Origin: Azolla caroliniana | Lineage: Eukaryota; Plantae; Polypodiophyta | DNA length: 64,000 nt | Direction: 5' to 3' | Assembly (NCBI GenBank): GCA_043228905.1 | Contig: JBHGNT010000009.1 | Coordinates: 13,702,001-13,766,000 of the forward strand | Shown: positions 24,654-36,200 of the stretch, piece after piece | How the letters are laid out: every line of letters starts with the position of its first letter | How positions within the stretch are numbered: position 1 is the first letter of the stretch | Notes under the pieces: model-generated | The model's database searches: none | Told to the model about the DNA's origin: nothing | The model's input: the letters and a program-made list of their open reading frames with translations, nothing else | Translations under genes and position numbers: made by a program

Positions 24654-24671
24654 TTCACGTCGGGTTCACCA
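24654..24671 (-). promoter_or_regulatory. Primer-binding site complementary to tRNA-Trp
   Basis: Plus strand TTCACGTCGGGTTCACCA equals the 3' 18 nt of plant cytosolic tRNA-Trp(CCA); it lies 4 nt inside the 5' LTR boundary. Confidence 0.85.
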
Positions 24672-25161
24672 CTTGTGTCGTGCCTTACGGCTCCGGATCA
24701 TTGCGTGAGTCGGGTGGGAACTGCTGGGGTTTTGGACTAGGAGGAAAGAAAATTCTAAGGCAATTAAGAATATGAAATATATTGTAAGAAAGAAACATAT
24801 GAAAAACTCGTGAATCCCACGAGTATAGTGTATTAGTGAGTTCTCAAATTAAGAGAGAAAAATAGTTAGCAAACTCGTGGATCCCACGATTATATTAATC
24901 AACCCTTGTAAAATAATCAACAAACTCTATACATCTTTCTCTCTTCCTTATATAGTGTTGGAAGAGTCTAAATTTATCACATGCAAGCATCATGCTTTTT
25001 CTATCTTTAGTTTTCATGCACACTTCATGTGCACGATTAACTTTCTATCTCATCTTTTCTTTTAACTCGAGTGTCTATGCATGAATAACTTTTTGTACCA
25101 TGCATGTCTAGATATTTTACATGGGATAAAGTTTAGTATAACTTTAAAATTTATAATACGC

Positions 25162-25922
25162 TGTCGTAGTGTATTTCGTACACTACGTGAAAAAGTAAAA
25201 AATAATATAAACGATTTAATTACATATAAATAAATAAAATAAGAATATCAAAATATTTATCACGTGCATTAGGCAAGATTCGAACCCTATACCTCCACGT
25301 AGCCAAACCTCAACTTTACCATTATGCTACCTTATCTTTAGTGTTCTACAAATAGATTTAATAACTATAAGTGCTTTATTTGCACCTACCTTTATTAAAA
25401 GGTAAATCGTGCATTTTTAGAGTGCGTGAATATTTTGTAGAAAAACGCAAGCAACTAAAAAGTGACTCATGCACATCTAGCGTGCATGAGCACTATATTT
25501 AGCAAATAAAAGCAAGGATTAGAAAAGCATCACATGCACATTTAGTGTGCATGAACATATTAGAAAAAAAAGCATGTAGCTATGCTTAGTCTCTCCCATC
25601 ACTACATAAGGATGGGGAGCACAATGTAATAGTGTGTGAAATATTTGGGAAATTGGATATATTTCCTAAAACACCAATTAACAAACTATACTCGTGGGAT
25701 TCACGAGATTTCTATATCTATTTCTTTCAATCTAAATACATATTCTTATCTAAATATTGATTAATCGAATAAAATACACTCGTGGGATTCACGAAATTTC
25801 TATCTCTCTTTCTAATAATCTATTTATTACTAGCCTCATCTCATATTCTTCTTTCTCCTAGTCCAAAACCTCGGCGGTTCCCACCCGACTCACGCAACGA
25901 TCCGGAGCCGAAAGGCACGACA
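25162..25922 (+). mobile_element. Solo LTR (family A variant) inserted in opposite orientation into the 5' LTR of family A
   Basis: TGTCGTAGTG...GGCACGACA; perfect 4-bp TSD ACGC (25158-25161 / 25923-25926). The uninterrupted site AATACGCTAGT is visible in the sister LTR at ~18187. Confidence 0.93.
25270..25329 (-). other. tRNA-like A-box/B-box module in the solo LTR at 25162
   Basis: Minus strand TAGCATAATGGTAAAG...GGAGGTATAGGGTTCGAATCTTGCC; 44-nt spacing. Confidence 0.7.
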
Positions 25923-26330
25923 ACGCTAGTATAATGATAAGGCTTAACATTATTAACATGGAGGTGCAATGTTCGATTCTTGCCCTATGCATGTAATATA
26001 TAATTTTATACTTTCTTCTATTTACAAATATGTCTCTTCATCTGGCGAGAGACTCACACCGGCCTTCTTCATCCGGCTCTTGCCGGTTCTGCTTCATCCG
26101 GTTCTCGCCAGTTTTCTTTATCCGGTTCTTACTGGATCCTTCTTACCGATCCTCTTCGTTCGTTTCTCACTGACTCTCACCGGCCTTCTTCATCCGGCTC
26201 TTGCCTAGTTCTGCTTATCGGTTTCGGTCCTCACCGGTTCTTCCTTCCGGTTCTCACTGGGTACTCCATATCTTATCCGGAGAAACCAAAAATGTAATTT
26301 TTCACGTAGTGTGCGAATTACACTACGACA

Positions 26331-27889
26331 ACGTATTTGATGTGATCTTGCACCCACACCTTCTAATACAATTCTCCAGGATCCCAAGTTAATCTAGATA
26401 TTGGTCTCCTTTCCATAATCCAAATCCTCCAAAAATAATTCACCTTTTGAGGATCCGGGTCTAAGACCCAATTTGATCCATCATTTGCAATCACCCTCAC
26501 TTCATTATGCAAACAAAACCTAAACAAATCATTTTCATTAGGTGTAAAGATTAGCCAGCCTAGCATCATCTTGTACATCAAAACTCATACACTCTTGTTC
26601 CCCAATATAGGCTTTAACTCCAATTAAAACATCTAATGGAGTAAATAAACCCATCCACTTCTGTGTAGCAAATCCAATTTGCAACTGAGTATTTAAAAGG
26701 GAATATTGTATTGCAGAATGCATTATCTTCCCACCCCTTATATTACTAATTAGTATCATTTGTTGATCTATAGGTTTAGACAGAAATGTTGTCCATGCAC
26801 CTATAGACTGTGTTGGCCCATGATCTAATTTTGCCCATGCACATCTAGTACGCATTCCCAACATTTGCCCTCTCTGCCCAATCAACCATGAATTCCAAAT
26901 CAGGGGTTGTCTACAAAATTCAAATTCTGTTTTTGGCAATGTCTTAACTAAATTAAGAGAAATATCTTTCCATGCATTAAGAACACATTGAGCAAATCTC
27001 TCTTCCTAGTTTGTGGCCAAAACCAATTTGTTATGTTCCATAAAAGCCCATCTAAAACTAGGCCTCCAATCTTCACAAGTTTTGGGACAAAACTTTTGCA
27101 ATTCATAAAACAACAATTGTTTCCAAGGTTCCGATCCTGGAACAATCCTCGAATCACTAATTTTGCAATCAAAGCTTTGGACTGTTGTAATGGATCTACA
27201 ATCCCTAATCCTCCTTGATCAAATGACTTAATAATTGTGGGCCAAGAGACTTTTGCCATGGCATGGCTTCCATCATTACCAGACCACAAATAATTTCGGA
27301 TCAATCTTCATAATTGTCCCATACATGATCTTGAAAAACTCCAACATGACATAATATACCAAAGACTAGAGAACAAAACTTGATTAACAACTATCACTCT
27401 ACCCGCAAATGATGGTTTAGCTTTAGTCCAAAACAATTGTTTTTTCGTGATTTTCAATCGCAAAGAAGCAACCTAAATTTCTAAAGAAATATTCAAACCT
27501 ACTTGACATCCCAAATATCTAACTGAAGTGCCCTTGGGAATCCATCAGAAATCTGAATGAGGACTTCATTGTGGAGTTGTGGAATTGGATGACACCAAAA
27601 AACCCACTGATTTATTCCAATTAATTGATGCACCTAAAGCCATTTAAAATGTTTGCACTGCTGTGTACATTTCTGCAGATTATTATTTTGACCATCCAGA
27701 TACAAACTTGTATCGTCAACAAATTCTACATCGACAACATTTGTCCCATCAATGGGCATTGCTATTCCTTTCAATCCAACCTCTTCAGCAATAAAAAACA
27801 AACTCATCGCTTCAGCTAAAAACAAAAATAAATATGGTGCAAGTGGACAGCCTTGTCGTACACCTCGGGAAATTTGGAAGTCATCACCT
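26331..27889 (-). mobile_element. LINE (L1-like) ORF2 middle fragment (RT C-terminal half)
   Basis: FQISRGVRQGCPLAPYLF, FVDDT, RYLG, IRNYLWSG...KVSW...QGGLGI; many stops. Confidence 0.9.
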
Positions 27890-30800
27890 TGTTGTCCGCC
27901 GGAATCGTAACCGTCAGACATAACAAATGGAAAATAGAGTGTTATATTAAGAGCGTTAAAGACGCGGGTAACGGTTCACTCAGGGAACGTAATTGATTAG
28001 AAGCCCTGTGTATATAAGGGGCGAAAGAACACTGTAAAAAGTAGTGTATTGTAAGAGCGCCGTTTTAATATAGTTTTATCGTCTCTGATCTTGGTGTTCT
28101 ATTTATTGGTCTCTTGTTTCGTTTCTCGTTCTCTGTAGAAGACTGTGTTGAAGTAAATACAAGGTGAGTACGCGTTGGGTAACTACGCTCTTATGGAGGT
28201 TCGGTTGTAGCCGTCCCCCCTTTACGCCTTACAAATCACGCACTACACATCCCTATTCCCTTGCACCACGATCACCTTGTAATGTAAAATAATACGTGTG
28301 CGGACGCGTGCGCGTAAACATAGAGTACACAGTTCGGTAAACGCAGAAAACATAGAGATGGAGATGGAGATGGAGATGGAGATGGAGAGAGAGAGAGAGA
28401 GAGCAGATACACAACTCTATTCAAAATAATTCTCAGTCTGTATATGTTTTGTGCTTAGTGAGCACATTTTATACAAGACCTGACAATTGGGCTGAAACAA
28501 TTACTAACAGTACTTGACTGCTCATAAATGAGCCGACTACACACACTCCCAAAATTATCCCTTACGAGGAATAACTTCCTAATGGCCTCTCGGTTTATGC
28601 ACCACTACGGCTTATTGTGCGCACGGTTTTACGCACCGAGTTTACGCACTGGGTTACGCACCCGATTACGCAGTGAATGTTGAGCTTGTCTCTCAACACT
28701 TCCCCTCAAGCTCAACTTGAGGTTCCGTCCGCTCTTCCGGATCTATGCTCCGGTTCCTTTTAGCTTCACGCCTTGCTCGCGCTCCTCGACCCGTTCGATT
28801 CTGCGTGCGTCGACCCTTCCGGTCGGCTTGTCTACTCGTTCGGCCCTTCTCAGCTCCCTTGCTGTCAGAATGTTGGCGCGTCCTTCGCTGCCCTTTTCTC
28901 TACTTGGCCCTCAGTCGATTCGTAATAACCGAATTGAACATTTCGATTGAATCGAACGTTGCCGATTCAATTCCGCTTTCATCCGAATTGGTTGTCTCCA
29001 ATTCGTCTTCAGTCTTCAGGCCTTTGACAACTTCCAACCACGTCTTCATCCTGGCCTTATCTCCCCCTGATTCGGCTGTCTTCGACTCTTTCCTACGATT
29101 ACGACCCTTGCTTCTTTCTTCGGTTTCTTCAGCTGGTTCGAAATCGAATTCTTCGTCTGATTCCTAATCACGGTCACTTCTGTCGTGATGAACACCTCTG
29201 CTCCTTTCACGCTCTTGTTCCTGTTCTTCCTTTCTCCCCCTCAAGTTCGGCATGTCGAGGTGACACAACACTAGCTCACCCGAGAAATGTTCTAACTTGT
29301 CGAGACCAAGAGGCTTGGTGAAGATGTCGGCAACCTGCCGATCCGTCGGAACATACGCTAGTTCGACTTCACCTGAAAGGACCCGGTCACGGACAAAAAG
29401 GTAGTGCACCTTAATGTGTTTGGTCCGGATGTGAAATACGGGGTTCTTCGCAAGGTGGATATTGCTAAGGTTGTCACAATATATCATCGTCGGATCAGAC
29501 AGCTCTACAACGGATCCTGTAATAGCTGTTTCAGCCAAATGACTTCGCACATAGCGACAATCGCCCCTCGATATTCGACCTCCGTGCTCGACAGTGCCAC
29601 TATCGGCTGCTTTTTGTTGCTCCACACGATCGCTGCACTTCCTAGTGAGAATGTGTATCCAGATGTGGATCTACGATCGTGGGCATTTCCACCCCAATCG
29701 GCATCTGTGTAGCCAACTAACTGTTCGGCTACGCCTGCTCGATATAGCAACGCCATGTCTTTCGTGCTGCTTACATATCGCAATATCCTTTGCGCGCACT
29801 GAAAGTGTTCAGCCGTAGGCTGCAACATAAATTGACTGATTAAGCTGACTGGGTAGCTAAGATCCGGCCAAGTAATCGTCAAATAGATGAGGCTTCCGAC
29901 AATTTGTCGAAACCATGTCGGGTCACACACCTTTCCCGAATCTCGGTGAAGCTTTACATTTCTATCTAGAGGGGTCGAGATAGGCTTACAATTTTTCATC
30001 CCGAACTTGAAGAGCATATTCAGCGCGTAATGATGCTGGTTGCTCAATATGCATTCAGGGGTATGGATCACTTCGATCCCGAGGAAGTAATGAAGGTCTT
30101 CAAGATCCTTCATTTCAAATGATGCAGCAAGTTGAGACTTTACATAACTGATTTCGTCCAGGTCGGCACCGGCGATAACTCAATCATCAACATACAATAG
30201 AAGGCTAACCGGTCCATATTGACCTTGCCGAACAAATAGTGAAGAGTTTGATTTTGACGTCGTAAACCCCATCCTACGCAACTGTTGTGTAATCTTCGCA
30301 TTCCAGGCTTGTGGGGCTTGCTTAAATTCGTAAAGTGACTTCTTCAGTCATCAAACTGCTGAAGTGTTTCGTTCAAATAGAAATCCGAGGGGCTGTACCA
30401 TGTACACTTGTTCCTCAAGATCACCTTGTAGGAACGCGTTCTTTACATCCATTTGATGTAAATGCCACCCCTTCGCCGTTGCTATGGCTAGCAAGACACG
30501 CACGGTAGTCATCTTCGCGATCGGTGCAAAGGTCTCATCGTAATCCACGACGTGCTTCTACGCGTAGCCTTTTGCAACCAATCGGGGCTTATATCGGTTG
30601 TCAGAGCCGTTCGTGTTGTATTTGACCTTGTACACCCACCTACATCCAATCGGCTTCACACCCTTTGGTGCATCAACTAGGTCCCACGTCTCATTCTGCA
30701 TTAAAGCGCTCATCTCTTCCTCCATTGCAGCACGCCAATTTGCGTCTTTCTCTGCTTCTGCGTTGCTCCCCGGCTCACACACTTCCTCCACTCACGTCAT

Positions 30801-33237
30801 GTACGCATAATGGTGCGCCATGTATTCATTGTACATGTATCTCTACACGGTGTTCTTCAGGCGGGTAGATCGGCGTAATACGTGATTACTTGATTTCATG
30901 ACCTTTTCGGCCAATTTTGACCTCTTTCGCAGAGGTTCCTTTATGATCGGCTCGATGTCAGATTCACTCCGAACTGAATTGGCGTTGCCAAAATTGTACT
31001 CCTCCTTGCGCGTAAACCGTCTCCTCGGTTCTTTACGCGGGGACATCATGGTCGAGTCTCCACTATTCGCTGTCTCTTCAATAGGTTGGCCATTTCGGTC
31101 CAACCCCTCATTCTGCCCACTCAGCCGAAATGAGATCGGACTCTCTCTCAGAGCTCCGATGTCCTCATCATGCGAAGGCATCTCGGCCTCACTGACTTCT
31201 TCTTCAGAATTCGGAATGGAGTCATGAGGTACTGGAGGGGAAGGCAAGTACCATGAAGCGGACTCTTTGAACACAACATCTCGACTTATGCGCACTTCCT
31301 TTGTTCGGGGGTGATAAATCTTATACCCCTTCTGCTCGTGTGGATGGCCAACTAAGATGCAATTTTCGGCTTTGGCATCCAACTTCCTCCTCTTTTCCTT
31401 CGGCACATGCACATATGCAATGCTACCCGAAATACAATTCATGTGGCGACACTCCTCCATTAGCAGAAGTCCGATTCTGAAGGTAGACAACCGTCCTCAC
31501 GGCTTCGGCCCAATAAAATTTCGGCATATTCTGCTCTTCAAGCATTGCCCTGACCGCTTCTTCAATTGTCCAATTCTTCCTTTCCGCTACGCCATTCTAC
31601 TCCGGCGTATATCTACATGAGAATTCACGCCGAATTCCGTCCTTCTGTAGATAACTCATGAACTAGTCGGAGAAGTACTCCTTCCCGCCATCAGACCGTA
31701 GGCATTTGATATTGCGCCCTGTTTCCCTTTCCACGAGGCTCTTCAACTTAAGGAAACATGCAAAGACTTTGCTCTTCTTCGCGATCGTGCATGCCCACGT
31801 GTGCCGAGTAAAGTCGTCGATGAAGGTTACGAAGTAACGGCTTCCACCGAGACTCACGTTCTATGCCGGTCCCCACACATCCGAATGGATTAAATCAAGT
31901 GGATTTCGACTCTGATTACACTCATTGGGGAATGGAAGTCGGTGTTGTTTTTCCATCTGACAAGCTTCGCTGACTTGGCCATTACGGCCCCGAAATTTCT
32001 ACGAGCCGAAAACAATGTTCTTTGTTTGCATCTCACGAAGCCGTAGGAAATTTACATGGTCGAACAACTTGTGCGATAGGTCGATATCTGATTCGACCTT
32101 TTGTCCATTCGCGTACAACGTGGTTTCGGCTTGATTAGTGTCCAGGATAAACATCCTCCCTTTACGGCGCGCTTGCGTGATTACTTTGCCTTCCTCTTCT
32201 ATGAAACAACCAAGATGTATGAATCGAACCTGCATTCTCTAGTCGACGATCTGACTGACCGACACCAGGTTCTTCGTTATTGTCAGGATGTGCAACACGT
32301 TCATGAGTTTCCCTTTCTACCCGACGTGGATGAGGGGAACTTCGCTAACATGTTCGATGATATGCGGAGTTTCGTCTCCCATTTTGACCACTCCTTGCGA
32401 TTCCGGTTTCTCCAAGTATGAGAACCATTCCTCGTGACTCGTCATATGATTTGACGCTCTGGAATCAACATACTACACCTCCTTCGATTTCGAGGTGTTC
32501 ACGACCATAGAATTCGCCTTATGCTTCATTACGAAGGCTGGGCCCGATTTGTTTTCGGCTCGTTTAGAGCCTTCTGCGTAGTGCGATCTTTGACGCCTCT
32601 CTGCATCTCTTCGGCTCAATCCGGCTTTGTCTAAATCGGCTCTCTTTTTCCAACACTCGCTCTCCTTGTGGCCTTTCTTGCCACAGTACCAACATTCCGA
32701 CGTGGCCTTCTCTTGCCGGCTTTCGGCGCCGCCATGACTCCCCCTACTTGTGGAGGGTCCGGAATTTGTTACCGGCCGGCAAGGAGTCCAAAATACGGAG
32801 TGAAGGAATTAATTAAATATGGTTGTAAATGAGCATAGTGTGGACGGACGGACTGGAAACGGTATGCCGTTCCAGATCCGGACGGATCCCGAATAGGTGC
32901 GATAGGCACCGTTTTGTACTACGGGCCGGAAACCTATTTAAAGGCCCGGACCCCATTGTAATCGCAGCGGATAATTAATAGAGCTTATGATGTTTATACT
33001 TCTGTCTTGATTTCCGTTCTGTAATTACTGTTATATCTTACGCGTGTAATTAACCAAAGCATTCTAATCGTGTAACCTACGTAAGTTGGTGTAATCGTTG
33101 AATCTTAATCCTATGCCGTAATCACCCTTTGGTGAAGTGTCTCCGTGACACCTTGTGTTAGGCCTGGTCCGGCTAAGCGAATAACACAGTTTTGGCGACC
33201 ACGATTCCTGCTTTCTCGCAGCGAACGACGGTAATGG

Positions 33238-36200
33238 ATGACTAGACCAACGCACGACTTGGTTACAGACCGAGCTCGACGCCTCGCCGAACGGCAAAGA
33301 CGGCGTGAGACTTTCCAGCAAGCAGCGCAGGAAATTCGCTCGGATCGTTCGTTCTCCAACGAGATCCGGAGAGTCGCGGAGGAATCTCTCCGGTTACGGC
33401 AAACTCGCGACCAAGACGACGGAAGCAATCTAAGTAGTCTCCGGGAAACCGAACGCCTCCTGGAGGCACTGGCAAGCGGAGAAAACGAGGCAGAAGCCTT
33501 TTCAGCCTACGAATTGGATTCCGAAGGGGGATACAGCGTGCACACGAACTACCGGAGCAGCAACGATACCCCCGGCGACCCGGAGGACGACGGGTCGGAT
33601 ACCGTGCCGACTCCAGAACCGGAACCGCTCAACCAGGGCTATCCGGAACCCCAAACGGAAGCCGTCAACCCACCAACACCGGCAGTGGAAGAAGCAAAGC
33701 CACCGACACCAACGAAAGAGCCGGCAAAGGTACCGGAAGAAGAGCCGGTGAAGGAACCGGCAAAAGAACCGGAAGTAGAACCGGAGAGAAAACCGGAAAG
33801 ATATCAACAAACGCCAATAAACCGCGGCCTAATACTGGACGACGACATGCCGTTCCAATATTCAAAGTATCGCGATGATCCGGACGCGGAAGCGCATGTT
33901 CATGACTTCGAGCAGACGTGGGAAGCAAATCACTCGTCCCAGCGAATGACACCGGAGGAAGAAGAACGCTCGAAGATAGCGGAATTCGGAGTCACGTTGG
34001 AGGGACCGGCGACACGATGGCGGCGGACGCAGGACCCGGCGACCATCACAACCTTTGCAGAATTAAAAGCAAAATTCTTACATTTTTTCCACAAGGAGGT
34101 CGACCAGACGACAATGGTGGGCCTGTTTTATACGATCCGGCAGGAGGCAGGGGAAAGCATTCCCCAATTCGTCATCCGTTTCCAACGAATGCATAGCCAG
34201 CTTGCCCGTGCACCCCCGGAGGAGGAATTACGGACGATATTTTTAAATGCACTCCGGGAACCGTTACGCACGGTGTGTACGGTGATCGACTTTCGAGGAT
34301 GCACCATCGACCAGGTCATTGACCGGGTCAGAGAAATGGAAAAGTCAAGCTCATGGCTTACGCTGGGAACACTGCAATGGGCGTTACCCACCGAGGAAGA
34401 TCTCCGGTTCCGGCAGGCAATTCAATGCACAATCTGCTTGAATGCCGGACACTCGGCAGTGGAGTGCACCATGCGCACTCAATGTGTGATTTGTCAATCC
34501 AAGAGTCATACAACGGACCGGTGCGAGTACAACCTGTTAAACCGACAAGCACCACCCGTCCGACGGATCGAGCCAAGAAGCAGCCAAGACGAAGATGAAG
34601 ATCGTTGGCAAAAAATGAACCGGTACCGACCGGCACAGGATGTCCGGTACGGAGACAGGCAAGAGAATGATGGCCGGTACGGGAATCGGTGTGATAACTA
34701 CGACCGGTATGAGCGATCGGACCGTTATCGGGAGCCCAACAGACGACACGAGCAATACGACAGAGACCATTCTCCTGGTTACCGAAGGCACCAGGAGGAC
34801 TACGGCCGATTTTACGATCCACCACGACCGGACTACCGAAATAAAAATAAGAATAATAAGAAACGTAATTTCAAGAAAGGTGGTCACCCTAGGGACCCGG
34901 AACATGGAACCCCAAGGAGCCAACCGGCATAGAACGCACCACTCACTACGGGACCGACTCCGGCTACCAGCAATGCTGAATCCAGCAATACCCGTAAAGA
35001 GTACTGCTACTACTGCAGGCAGGAAGGCCACTACAGTAACCAGTGCCCGGTAAAGAGCTACGAGAAACGACCAACAGTTAATATGGTGGTTCCGGAAGTG
35101 ACGGATGTACAGCAAGTAACCACACGGTCGAAAGGCATGGCCAAAGAGTGGGAAACACAAGAGGCCGTACGAAAACAGGCGACGGAATGGGTGAAGGAAG
35201 CCAATGAAAGGAACGTCGCGGACGCGGAACGGCAAAAGGCGAATACCATAGGGAGTGCCGGCGGTAGCCACCCAGAAAACGAGACATGGCAAGCACTGCA
35301 AGAATGTCAGATCACGTTGCCGTTAGGACGACTCTTGCAGCTCGTGCCGCGATTTACGGAAGGACTAAAAACGGGCATGACAGACGGTATAGCCCCACCG
35401 GCACCAGTCCTCTTCTCGAACCCGGAGGAGGGACCGACGGTGGTGGACACAAGTAGTCCGGTGATTACAGCTATTGTCAAAGGGCACGAACTTCCCGGCA
35501 CAGTAATCGATGGAGGTTCCGGGGTGAACGTAATAAGCCTCCGCACGTGTGATGCCTTGGGTATACATGAATGGGAGCCATGTCCGTTCTGGCTACGGAT
35601 GGCGGATACGAGCTCTGTACGGCCGACGGGCTTAATACGGAAATTTCACATCTCGGCTGTCGTGCTGCAGCTACAGGCGCAAGGCGCGTACCCACTATTG
35701 CTGGGCAGACCATGGTTGAAAACAGCACACATCAAGCAAAATTGGCGGAAAAATATGATTACCTTCCGACGCGGAAAAGCCAAGGTCCGGGTACCAACAC
35801 AACCACGGACGAGCAACGGGAAGGAATGCACACCGCTGTATGCGGAATGTGTGAACATGCTTGAAGGATTGGCAGACGACGAAGAAGCCCAGTACTTGGA
35901 GGAACACCCGAAGATCGTACCACTCTTTGAGATTGCCGTAGCGCCATACTTGCCGCAGCGGGACGAAACCGAAGCCGAACCAGACAAAGATGCGATTCGG
36001 GAATTACGGCAAGCACAGGAAGCGTTGGAACGGGAAATGGCCGTTTCCCAACGAGTAAAGGCATCCCAGCTCGACGAAGTGAACCTAGGAAGCAAGGACG
36101 AATCAAAGCCGGTACACATCGCCAAAGAAATGAAGCCGGAAGATAAAGCGGCGATGATCAAACTTCTCACGGAGTTTCGCGACGTATTCGCCTGGTCATA

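Larger units (their letters stand above)
21168..24658 (-). pseudogene. gag-protease of family A gypsy (split by solo LTR 23313-24327)
   Basis: QFNGKDVSRYLRDY gag start; LKTT|FAI in frame across the solo LTR; CIWCNSTEHDRRDC knuckle; HWARAT; ALIDHGSEINLM aspartic protease; VILGQPF. Confidence 0.88.
17708..26330 (-). mobile_element. Ty3/gypsy LTR retrotransposon with tRNA-Trp PBS and 4-bp TSD (family A); RT/RH deleted
   Basis: 890-bp LTRs: 3' LTR 17708-18597; 5' LTR 24676-26330 minus a 765-bp insert. Termini TGTCG...CGACA (one end mutated); TSD ACAT/ACGT; PPT GGAGGGGGCGAG at ~18598-18609; PBS at 24654-24671. Confidence 0.92.
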
